NCBI GenBank assembly: GCA_030754595.1
Contig: JASLZZ010000071.1
Coordinates: forward strand, 1-25,719
Length of the DNA: 25,719 bases
Direction: 5' to 3'
Source: Nitrospinota bacterium
GTDB taxonomy: Bacteria > UBA8248
Notes under the pieces: generated by a model
Databases searched by the model: none
What the model was told of the DNA's origin: nothing
Seen by the model: the letters and a program-made list of their open reading frames with translations, nothing else
In this document: piece after piece, positions 8,791-16,887 of the stretch
Layout: every line of letters starts with the position of its first letter
Numbering within the stretch: the first letter of the stretch is position 1
Program-made: the position numbers and the translations under genes

Positions 8791-9990
8791 ATGAAATGTC
8801 AGAATAATTTTTGGTCCTGGTTTTCGGAAGACGAATACAAGAGCCGGTACGCCCGAATCCGGGCCGAAATGGCGGAAAAAGGGCTCGAGGCCCTGATCGT
8901 ATACGGTATCGGCGGCTACCTGGGGAACGAGCCTGCCCAGCCCAACGTCGTCTATATCACGAGCTTCGCCGCGATGGTCCAGACCTATGCGGTGTTTCCC
9001 CTCGAGGGCGAGCCGACGGTTTTCGTCACCTTCGGCAATCACCTCACCAACGCGAAACGAATGACCCCGCTCAAGGATGTCCGCGTCGGCGGAATGGCCC
9101 AGACCCCGCTCCGCGTGGCCGACCGGCTGGCCGAGCTGGGGGTGGAGGGAAAGAAGGTCGGTATCGTCGGGGCCATGCACTGGGCCAACATCAACCTCCC
9201 CCACGATCACCATGTCGCCATCACCGGGGCGCTCCCTAGGACCGAGTTCGAGTACGTCACCGAATGGTTCGAGGATTTGCGCCTCGTCAAGAGCGAGGAA
9301 GAGATGGAATATGTCCGCCGCGGGGTGGCCATGACCGACGCCGTTTACGAAGTGCTGGTGCGGGCGACACGGCCCGGCGCCCGGCCCTGCGATCTGCATA
9401 ATCTCGTGATGCAGACGGCCCAGGGGATGGACGGCAAGATTCCTTTCGGCCACGTCGGCCGGACCCCGATGAGCGCTCCCGAGATGTCCTACGCCCACGA
9501 GTTCGCCCTGACCACTCCCATCGAAATGGGTGATGTCATCATGACCGAGATCGCCGTGGGCTACGGCGGCTATTTCGGAAAAATCTGGGGAACCTATTTC
9601 ATGGGGGACCCGACGCCCGAGTACGAAAAAATATTCCTGCTCGGCCAACAAAGCTACCGGGAGCTTCACGCGGCCATCAAGCCTGGGCTGACCGGAGGCG
9701 ATATCGCCCACTTGTGCGTGGATACGATCGCGGCGGCCGGGTACAAGCCCAAATCCAGCGTTTTCGGCTGGTCGAATTACAATTCCAAGCCCGATATCCG
9801 GGCGGCCGGGGACGAGGTGTCCGGGGCCGATTTCGTGTTCGAGAAAAACCAGTGCATGAATGTCATCGGGTGGCCGACGACCGAGGACGAGAAGAGCGGC
9901 ATCTGGATCGGCGACACCTCGGTCATCACCGTCGATGGCATCGAAAACCTTCACCAATATCCATTGGATGAAATTCATGTCGTGAGCTGA
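8791..9990 (+). CDS. M24 (Xaa-Pro peptidase/creatinase) fold protein lacking canonical metal ligands
   Basis: Creatinase-N-like start (FSEDEYKSRYARIRAEMAEKGLEALIV), LRLVKSEEE linker and pita-bread motifs (GDVIMTE, GGYFG, IKPG, GIWIGDT.VIT.DG.E.L). Confidence 0.82.
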   Translation: MKCQNNFWSWFSEDEYKSRYARIRAEMAEKGLEALIVYGIGGYLGNEPAQPNVVYITSFAAMVQTYAVFPLEGEPTVFVTFGNHLTNAKRMTPLKDVRVGGMAQTPLRVADRLAELGVEGKKVGIVGAMHWANINLPHDHHVAITGALPRTEFEYVTEWFEDLRLVKSEEEMEYVRRGVAMTDAVYEVLVRATRPGARPCDLHNLVMQTAQGMDGKIPFGHVGRTPMSAPEMSYAHEFALTTPIEMGDVIMTEIAVGYGGYFGKIWGTYFMGDPTPEYEKIFLLGQQSYRELHAAIKPGLTGGDIAHLCVDTIAAAGYKPKSSVFGWSNYNSKPDIRAAGDEVSGADFVFEKNQCMNVIGWPTTEDEKSGIWIGDTSVITVDGIENLHQYPLDEIHVVS

Positions 9991-10076
9991 ATCGCGGCGG
10001 AACCGGCTCGCACGGTGTCCGGCGGACGCATTTCCATCAATGCTTATTTTTATGTGTGAGGCGGAAGGGGCCGATC

Positions 10077-11291
10077 ATGGTTGATTTTAATTTTACCGAA
10101 GAGCAACTGGCGCTTAAAAAACTGGCTCATGATTTCGCGGTGAACGACGTCAAACCCGTCGCCGTCGAGTTCGACAAGATTTCCGATCCCAAGGAAGTGC
10201 ACGAAAAGTTCCCCTGGCACCTAATCGAAAAAGGCTCGGAGCTTGGGCTTCGGACCACGGCGCTGCCCGAGGAATACGGCGGCGCGGGCATCGGCATCCT
10301 GACGCACCTTCTGATGCTGGAGGAGCTGTGCCAGGGCGATTCGGGCTTCGCCACCCATTTTCACCAGGCCTGGAAGATGGCGAAGCTCCTCGTCGAGCGA
10401 TGCACACCGGAGCAGCGCAATTTTTTCCTTCCCAAGTTCACTGACGACCCCAGAGCGCTTCTCGCGGTGGGAATCACCGAGCCGGACGCCGGGTGTGACA
10501 ACCTGATGCCCTACGACGAAGCCGACGGCGGAATGCGCACCTCGGCGGTCAAGGACGGTGACGAGTGGGTGATCAACGGGACCAAGCATTTCGTCGCGAG
10601 CGCCTCGGTGAGCAAGCTCTATTTCGTCTCGACGAGAACCGACAGGTCGGTCGGCGTCACCCGGGGGGTGACGGTGTTTCTCATCGAATCGGGCACGCCC
10701 GGATTCTCCATCGGCCGCATCCACGACAAGCTGGGCAACCGCCTGATGATGAACGCCGAGATGATATTCGAGAATTGCCGCGTTCCGGATTTCAACCGGG
10801 TGAGCGAGGTGGGAAAGGGTCTGTCGTTTCTGGGCTCTTTCGGCGCGAAGCATGTGCCCACCACCGGCGCTTTTGGGGTGGCCCTGGCGCGGGCGGCGTT
10901 CGAGTACGCCCTCGAATACGCCAAGGAGCGGGTCCAAGGCGGGCGGCCCATCATCGAGCACCCGACGGTGGCCCTTCGGTTGGGGGAGATGGCCTCGCTT
11001 GTCGAGGCCGCGCGGGCGGTTTCGATTCAGACGGCCTGGATGGCCGATCAGCCCGACTACGACTCGTCGAAGGGGGTTCTTTCCTCCATCTTCGCCTCGG
11101 ACGTGGGGCCCAAGGTCTGCGATCTCGCGCTGCAGCTCATGGGCGGGTACGCCTACATGAAGGATTATCCGGTCGAAAAGATCCTGCGCGATTCGCTGAT
11201 GTGCTACCACATCGACGGCACCTCGGACGTGCACCGGATAAAAATCGGCGAGATGCTCCGGGGAATCAAGACCTCCGGCTATATCACCTAG
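10077..11291 (+). CDS. Acyl-CoA dehydrogenase family flavoprotein (atypical, Asp at the catalytic-base position)
   Basis: ATG 10077 (MVDFNFTEEQ). Motifs LPEEYGGAG, ITEPDAG, INGTKHF, DKLGNR, ERVQGGRPIIEH and GGYAYMKDYPVEKILRD. C-terminal HIDGTS. Paralog of 7466..8647. Confidence 0.9.
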   Translation: MVDFNFTEEQLALKKLAHDFAVNDVKPVAVEFDKISDPKEVHEKFPWHLIEKGSELGLRTTALPEEYGGAGIGILTHLLMLEELCQGDSGFATHFHQAWKMAKLLVERCTPEQRNFFLPKFTDDPRALLAVGITEPDAGCDNLMPYDEADGGMRTSAVKDGDEWVINGTKHFVASASVSKLYFVSTRTDRSVGVTRGVTVFLIESGTPGFSIGRIHDKLGNRLMMNAEMIFENCRVPDFNRVSEVGKGLSFLGSFGAKHVPTTGAFGVALARAAFEYALEYAKERVQGGRPIIEHPTVALRLGEMASLVEAARAVSIQTAWMADQPDYDSSKGVLSSIFASDVGPKVCDLALQLMGGYAYMKDYPVEKILRDSLMCYHIDGTSDVHRIKIGEMLRGIKTSGYIT

Positions 11292-11301
11292 GAGTGACGC
11301 C

Positions 11302-12279
11302 ATGGCCGCGGATTACAGTCTCGAGCGAATCAAAAAGATCGCAGTCGTCGGCGGAGGCCTGATGGGCCACGGGGTGGCCCAGTTTTTCGCCCAAGGGGGC
11401 TACCCGGTCGCGATGTTCAACCGGACCCGGGAGAGTTCGGTCCGCGCCCTGGGCGAGGTGGAAAAGGGGCTGAACCTTTTCGTCGAGGAGGGGCTGTCGA
11501 GCCGAACCGACGCCGAGGAGGCCTTGGCGAGAATCTCGCCGACGACGGACCTGGGCGAGGCCGTCCGGGAGGCCGACTTCATCACCGAGGCGGTGGTGGA
11601 CGACCTCGCCCTCAAGCAGAGAATTTTCAGGGAGATGGACGCCCTGGCGCCGGTTCATGCCATCCTGACCAGCGAGACCTCGGGCCTCCGGATGACGGAT
11701 ATCTCGCTGAACACCAACCATCCCGAGCGATGCGTATCGACGCACAATTACACGCCGCCGCCGCTGATGCCGGTGGTCGAGGTCGTGCCGGGCGAGCGGA
11801 CGGACCCGGCCGCCGTCGAGACGACATGCGCCCTTTTGCGCCGGATGGGCAAGGAGCCGGTGGTCTGCAAGGAGATTCCGGGCCATATCGGCGTCCGGCT
11901 GACGACCGCCCTTCGCCGGGAGGTGGCCCACATCATCGAAGAGGGCTACGCGACGCCCGAGGCGGTGGACACCGTGATGCGCTCGGTGGGCCGGCTGTTC
12001 CCGGTGATGGGGGTCTGCATCCTCACGGATTTCACCGGGCTCGACATGACCGACCACAGCCAGCGGAACGTGCTCCCCCATCTGGATAGCCGTACTGAGG
12101 GCTCGGCGCTGGTCAGGAAGATGGTGGTCGAGGGAAAGCTGGGGGTGAAAAGCGGGGAGGGGTTTCACCGCTGGACCCCCGAGAGCGCCCGGGCGGTCTA
12201 CGAGGCCAGGGCGCGAGAGCTCCTGCGCTGGATGAAGCAGCCCCCGCCCCCCGCGCCCTGGAAAACGGAAGAAAAGTAG
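11302..12279 (+). CDS. 3-hydroxyacyl-CoA dehydrogenase family protein
   Basis: Rossmann motif IAVVGGGLMGHG, EAVVDDLALK, a His/Glu pair in STHNYTPPPLMPVVEVV, and C-terminal GKLGVKSGEGF. AGGAG RBS; starts 10 bp after the preceding gene. Confidence 0.9.
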   Translation: MAADYSLERIKKIAVVGGGLMGHGVAQFFAQGGYPVAMFNRTRESSVRALGEVEKGLNLFVEEGLSSRTDAEEALARISPTTDLGEAVREADFITEAVVDDLALKQRIFREMDALAPVHAILTSETSGLRMTDISLNTNHPERCVSTHNYTPPPLMPVVEVVPGERTDPAAVETTCALLRRMGKEPVVCKEIPGHIGVRLTTALRREVAHIIEEGYATPEAVDTVMRSVGRLFPVMGVCILTDFTGLDMTDHSQRNVLPHLDSRTEGSALVRKMVVEGKLGVKSGEGFHRWTPESARAVYEARARELLRWMKQPPPPAPWKTEEK

Positions 12280-12431
12280 GGCCGGATTTTCCGGATGAAT
12301 TCATAATTGTTGCCCCACTCATCCCCACTACGATTTATAATTCAAACAGTTGGCCACCCCTCTCGCCCGCTGGTGGAGAACACCCGGTGGGTGAAGCCGC
12401 GAAGGGTCCCTAACTTGGGGAGGTTCATGCC

Positions 12432-13352
12432 ATGCGTCTTACCTCTAGGGCTCTTGTTGGTCTCTTTCTCGCCACGGCTCTGCTCGTTCCCCCGTCCTTC
12501 TCGGCCCCGGCGTCGCTTGTTGAAGCCAAGCGCATCGAGGCTAAGGTGCTGGACCTGATCAGGGACCGCCGCTTCACCGAGGCGCTCCCGCTTGCAAAGC
12601 GCGCCCTTAAAATTCGGGAGACGGCGCTGGGGGCGGAGCACCCGAGTCTCATCTTGTTTCTCAACCGGCTGGCATTTATCCACTCGACGCTGAAGAACTC
12701 GAAGGAAGCCGCCTCTCTCCGTGTCCGGGCGTTGAAGGTACAAAAGAGGGTGGCCGAAAAACGAAAGAGGGCATCGCCGAAGGAGGAGGGGAAGCGTCTC
12801 TACGCAGAAGCCGGACGCCTCCGGCGATCAGGCAATTTTACGGATGCCGGGCCGATCTGCCAGAGGGCGCTGGCCATATTCTATAAGCTCGGAAAGCCGA
12901 GGGGGCTCGCCAGGACCTGGAAGTCGACGCCGGAAAAACCCGGCGGCGGCCGAAAGGGTGGAGCCCGGCGTGCGGCCCTGGACCACATCCACCGAGCCGA
13001 GCTCTTCGAGGCCAAATCCCGTTACGAGGAGGCCGAGGCCCACTACCGGCGCTCCTTGGCCATTTTGGAGAATTCTGCGATGTCCGGGGAACTCAACAAC
13101 ACCACTACAGCCACTGTCCTCAAAAACCTGGGCAACCTCCATATATATCATGGCCAATATCGGGAAGCCGAATCGTTTTTGTAGTGTTCTCTTCCCATCA
13201 GCGAAATAAAAATGAAGCCGGACAACCCTTTGGTCGGAATCGTTCTGAACAACCTGGTAATCCTCTGCGAGAAGATGGGCAAGAAGAAAGAGGCGGCAGG
13301 GATTTTAGAGCGTGCCGATGCGGTGTTGAGACGGCTGGCCGAGAGGAAGTAG
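12432..13352 (+). pseudogene. Exported tetratricopeptide-repeat protein with an internal TAG
   Basis: Signal peptide and TPR units (EALPLAKRALKIRETALGAEHP, YEEAEAHYRRSLAI, LKNLGNLHIYHGQYREAE). A TAG at 13182-13184 falls mid-repeat. The same frame continues as TPR (CSLPISEIKMKPDNPLVGIVLNNLVILCEKMGKKKEAAGILERADAVLRRLAERK) to TAG at 13352. Confidence 0.8.
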
Positions 13353-13355
13353 GAG
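13311..13355 (+). repeat. 45-bp imperfect direct repeat, copy 1 (3' end of the TPR gene)
   Basis: CGTGCCGATGCGGTGTTGAGACGGCTGGCCGAGAGGAAGTAGGAG; 40/45 identical to 14367..14411. Confidence 0.9.
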
Positions 13356-13397
13356 GAAGAAAAATAAAGGGGGGAAAGGGGGCCGCGCACGGCCAGC

Positions 13398-13425
13398 AGA
13401 TTCTTCGCTGGCGCTCTGAATGACA
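13398..13425 (-). repeat. REP-like extragenic repeat (TGTCATTC-type)
   Basis: The minus strand reads TGTCATTCAGAGCGCCAGCGAAGAATCT, related to the sequence at 20900..20950. Confidence 0.6.
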
Positions 13426-13426
13426 C

Positions 13427-13466
13427 CCCAAACAAAACCCCCGCGCACAATCCCTTGAGCGCGGGG
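13427..13466 (-). terminator. Rho-independent terminator-like hairpin for the minus-strand gene; near-copy at 25372..25412
   Basis: Minus strand CCCCGCGCTCAA-GGGA-TTGTGCGCGGGG followed by GTTTTGTTT. A second hairpin AGGCTTTCC...GGAAAGCCT lies at about 13469-13497. Confidence 0.7.
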
Positions 13467-13527
13467 ATAGGCTTTCCCCGGCTAAGGCGGAAAGCCTGTA
13501 CTTCGAGTGAATGGCGAGCCGCTCTCG

Positions 13528-14073
13528 TCACTTCTTGATGACGTGCCCGATGACCCTTTCGTATTTCCAACCCGGCCGCTTGCGCAGGATGTCAACCTCG
13601 GTCTGTCTTGTCGAATATAAGTGGTTGGGCCTGGTGTGGTAGAGCCGGTGCAGGGGGACCGATCCGGGCTGGGCGCTCGTATAAACGTAGCCCGTGATTC
13701 CCTCGTACTTCCATTCCGGCCTGGCGCTCAGGCTGTTCACTTCTGTCGGTCTCACCGAGTAGAGATGGTTGCCGACCGGGGTGCGCGCGTAGATGCGGTG
13801 GAGGGCCACCGTCCCGGGCTGTTTGGCGGCGAAAACATAGCCGATGACTCTTTCAAAGTTGCACCCCTTCAGCTCGTTCCAGTTCGCCGTGTAGAAGTGA
13901 TCGCCCGATACGTGATACCGGAACAGGGGGGCCACTTGCATGTTGTGATATTTGACAGGGCCAGCCGGGGCAGGGGCGTTATTGCACAGTATCTTCAGGG
14001 AGAGCGCCTCATCGGTGAGAAGAAAGATAATTGCCAGCGTGAGTGCGATGATGAGAGTTGTGATTCGTCTCAT
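13528..14073 (-). CDS. Secreted protein with three DUF5648-like repeats
   Basis: Signal peptide, then three ~45-aa repeats of the form PL(F/H)R.Y....(D/N)H(F/L)Y(T/S)....E........(W)KYE.(V/I).G(Y/H)V. Confidence 0.8.
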   Translation of the reverse strand: MRRITTLIIALTLAIIFLLTDEALSLKILCNNAPAPAGPVKYHNMQVAPLFRYHVSGDHFYTANWNELKGCNFERVIGYVFAAKQPGTVALHRIYARTPVGNHLYSVRPTEVNSLSARPEWKYEGITGYVYTSAQPGSVPLHRLYHTRPNHLYSTRQTEVDILRKRPGWKYERVIGHVIKK

Positions 14074-14366
14074 GGTGGACCCCCTTATTGAAAAGTGTTC
14101 GTATTCGTTTCAGTCATTGGTTTCATGAGCGTCGTTTATCGAGTGCGTCTCCGCCGTATGTGGCCGGCGCTATCTGCTCAGAGCCCAAATAACGCAAGGG
14201 CCGAGCCAAAGAGATTTTCAAATCGCAATATCAATAAACACGGGCTTCAGGGTTTATACCAAAATAAATATCCCCTGGATCGGCGGATGTTCGCCTATTG
14301 GGGTGGTTTTTTCTGCAAATTCCGCAAAAATGGGCTGGGGTCCGAAATATCGGGAGGGCGCGCGAA

Positions 14367-14411
14367 CGTGCCGAAGCGATGTTGAGATGGCTGGCCGGGA
14401 GGAAGCAGGAG
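14367..14411 (+). repeat. 45-bp imperfect direct repeat, copy 2 (displaced TPR gene 3' end)
   Basis: CGTGCCGAAGCGATGTTGAGATGGCTGGCCGGGAGGAAGCAGGAG. Translates RAEAMLRWLAGRKQER* versus RADAVLRRLAERK* in copy 1. Confidence 0.9.
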
Positions 14412-14492
14412 AGATAAGGTGCAACCTATCCGAAGGGCGTCTGATTTTGATTTGAGAGTGGATACGGGTGATTTGGGTTGAAAGGTGCAGGG

Positions 14493-15491
14493 ATGAGAAA
14501 AAAAACCGGGAGCATACTCGCCGAGGATCATATGATCCCCGCACTCGACGAGGGGATCAGTCTTCACCTCAGGGAAAAGCGCCCGGGGAGGCTCCACCGC
14601 GCCGGGGCGGCGGGGACGCTTCTCTGCGTCCACGGGCAGAGCATTCCGGGGGCGGCGGCTTTCGATTTTCCGGTTCCGGGGTATTCGTGGATGGATTACA
14701 TGGCGGCGCGGGGCTTCGATGTCTTCGCGCTATCGCTCAGGGGCTACGGCGCCTCGACCCGGCCCCGGGAGATGACGGTGAGCCCCCGGGGGAGGCCGCC
14801 GGCCGTGCGCGCGGCGGAGGCGGTGAGGGACGTCGAGGCGGCGGCCCGGTTCATCTGCGAGCGGCGGGAGGTGGACGGACTGAACCTTTTGGGCTGGGCG
14901 CAGGGAACGATGCTGACCGCCGCGTATGCCGCCGCGAATCCGGCCCGCGCCCGGAAGCTTGTATTGGTTTCGCCGCTGTATCTTTGTGAAGATCCGGAGA
15001 ATTTCGCTCTGTTCGAGGATCCGGCCCGGCCTGGAAAGCTGAATCCGAAATTGTTCTGCGCCTGGCGCTGGGTGACGGAAAAGGGGCAGCAGCGAAACTG
15101 GAGTCGGTTGATTCCGAAGGGCCGCGAGAAAGAGTTCAGGGAGGCGAGGGCGGTGCGCGCCTATTGGCGGGAGCAGATTCGCCACGACGCCGAGGGGCGC
15201 CGCCGGCGGTATCCGGCGGTGCGCGTGCCCAACGGGCTCATGGCCGATCATTACGACCGGACGCGGGGGAAGGCGTTTTTAGACGCAGTGAAGGTTCGCT
15301 GCCCGGCGCTTCTGGTCAGGGCGGAGTATGACCTCGTTTCGAAGGACGCCGAGGCGCAGGAGCTTTTCGGGGCGCTCAGGTCGAGCCCGGGGAAGCGGTA
15401 TGTTGTCCTCGGGGGGGCGACGCATTTCGCGCAGTACGAGAAGCGGCGCGGGGATTTGTTCGGGGAGGTGCAGGGTTTTCTCGAATCCTAG
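14493..15491 (+). CDS. Alpha/beta-hydrolase fold protein (nucleophile elbow GWAQG)
   Basis: LLCVHG, GYSWMDYMAARGFDVFALSLRGYGAS, LLGWAQG, acid in RAEYD and His in GATHF. Start is probably ATG 14493. Confidence 0.85.
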   Translation: MRKKTGSILAEDHMIPALDEGISLHLREKRPGRLHRAGAAGTLLCVHGQSIPGAAAFDFPVPGYSWMDYMAARGFDVFALSLRGYGASTRPREMTVSPRGRPPAVRAAEAVRDVEAAARFICERREVDGLNLLGWAQGTMLTAAYAAANPARARKLVLVSPLYLCEDPENFALFEDPARPGKLNPKLFCAWRWVTEKGQQRNWSRLIPKGREKEFREARAVRAYWREQIRHDAEGRRRRYPAVRVPNGLMADHYDRTRGKAFLDAVKVRCPALLVRAEYDLVSKDAEAQELFGALRSSPGKRYVVLGGATHFAQYEKRRGDLFGEVQGFLES

Positions 15492-15545
15492 CGCTGGAGG
15501 CCTAGCGGCGGCGGCGGAAAGCGGGCGGCGGGCGGCGGTGAATGC

Positions 15546-15625
15546 CGGGAAATTCGGGTGTTAAAGATCGGGAAATTCGGCGGCGAAGGCCGGGAAATCA
15601 GGGAGCAAAGCTCGGGAAATGTGGG
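15546..15625 (+). repeat. Four phased direct repeats CGGGAAATnnGG with 22-23 bp period
   Basis: CGGGAAAT begins at 15546, 15569, 15591 and 15613, upstream of the quinone oxidoreductase gene. Confidence 0.8.
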
Positions 15626-15695
15626 CTGGTTCATGGATTGGCCGGGCGAGATCGAGATTTTCGCCCTATACCCCCCTTGCGCAAAGGAGCACTAA

Positions 15696-16672
15696 ATGAA
15701 GGCGATGCGTGTCCACAAGTTCGGTCTTGATACGCCGATGAGTCTCGACGAGGTCGAGGATGCGAGAGCGGGGGAGGGCGAGGTGTTAATCCGCACCCGC
15801 GCCATCGGTGCGCATCCCGTGGATGTCACCATCAGGGGGGGGTGCACCCGTTTCACAAGTTCGTGGAGCCGCCCTATATTCCGGGCCCCGAGGCGGCGGG
15901 GGATGTGGTCGAGGTGGGCGCCGGTGTGGAGGGTTTCCGTGTGGGCCAGCGGGTCTGCGGCCGGGCGATGGGCGGCGCCTATGCCAGGTTGGTCCGGTTG
16001 GGGGCTCCGTGGACGCTGAATCTGCCCGATGTCTACGGCTACGCCGAAGGGGCGGGGATTGCCGTTCAGTTCATTACGGCCTGGAACGCGGTCGTGATTT
16101 ACGGCCGGGCCGCCGCCGGGGAGACGGTTTTGGTCCAGGGCGGAGCCGGTGGCGTGGGCATGGCGGCTATTCAGCTGGCCAAGGCGATCGGCTGCCGGGT
16201 GATCGCGACGGCGAGCACACCGGAAAAGGTTGAGATATGTAGAGCCATGGGTGCCGACGAGACAATCAATTACCGGGAGGAGGACTTCGCCGAAGGGTGC
16301 TCCGAGATCACCGCCGGCCGGGGACTCGGTGTCATTATCGAAATGGTCGCGGATGTGAATCTCGATAAGGATATCGACGCGATTCGACCCACCGGCCGGA
16401 TCGTCGTGGTGGGAACTTCGAAAGGGCTGGACCCTGATGCAAGTTTTAGCGTCCAGAAGGCACTGATTAAGGATGCGCAAATCCTCTGCCTGTCGATGGT
16501 GAATCTCGCGCCGCGCCTGCCGGAGCTGACAAGGCGGTTTTCCCCCATTCTGGAGGCCGGAAAGATCCGGATGCATGTATTCCGCGAGATGCCCCTTGCG
16601 GAGGCCAATGAGGCACACAACCTCCTCTGGAATGGAGAGGTAATGGGAAAGCTGGTCCTTACGCCTTTGTAA
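15696..16672 (+). pseudogene. NADPH:quinone oxidoreductase (zeta-crystallin/MDR family), frameshifted at a G8 tract
   Basis: The N-terminus MKAMRVHKFG...GEVLIRTRAIGAHPVD is in one frame. PYIPGPEAAGDV...GETVLVQGGAGGVG...GKLVL is in another. The switch is at the G run 15835-15842. AAGGAG RBS. Confidence 0.88.
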
Positions 16673-16883
16673 TCCGGATATTCCATTCGCTTCCCATCTG
16701 CTCCACCCGAACGTCGTCGCCTTCGCTTTCGGCCCAACGAGCGATATTTTCCACGGCAAGGGGATAGTCCACGACAATGATGTATATATCTCCCGAGGAG
16801 GCGTTTTTCATCGCCTCCTGGGCCTGTATGAGGGGATCCGGGCAGATTTCTCTCTTTAAATCGATAGTCATTGTTTCAGGCAT
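16659..16883 (-). CDS. yeeD: TusA-family sulfurtransferase (YeeD/YedF-like)
   Basis: 74 aa with the IDL....CPDP motif and VVDYP.AVENI. Starts 4 bp after the YeeE gene stop. Its 3' end overlaps the convergent oxidoreductase gene. Confidence 0.85.
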   Translation of the reverse strand: MPETMTIDLKREICPDPLIQAQEAMKNASSGDIYIIVVDYPLAVENIARWAESEGDDVRVEQMGSEWNIRITKA

Positions 16884-16887
16884 TCCA

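Noticed and set aside
12350..12367. Sigma-54 promoter (TTGGC...GC) upstream of the TPR gene
   Set aside because: The GG-to-GC spacing is 11 nt rather than the required 10, and the TTGC element is missing.
13182..13184. In-frame TAG in the TPR gene as pyrrolysine or a recoded stop
   Set aside because: TAG is the genuine stop of many genes here (ends at 6922, 8647, 11291, 12279, 15491, 23880), no pyl genes are in the window, and the comparable lesion at 2421 is TAA.
15546..15625. Phased repeats as a CRISPR array
   Set aside because: The conserved core is only about 8-12 bp with 10-14 bp gaps, far below CRISPR dimensions, and there are no cas genes.
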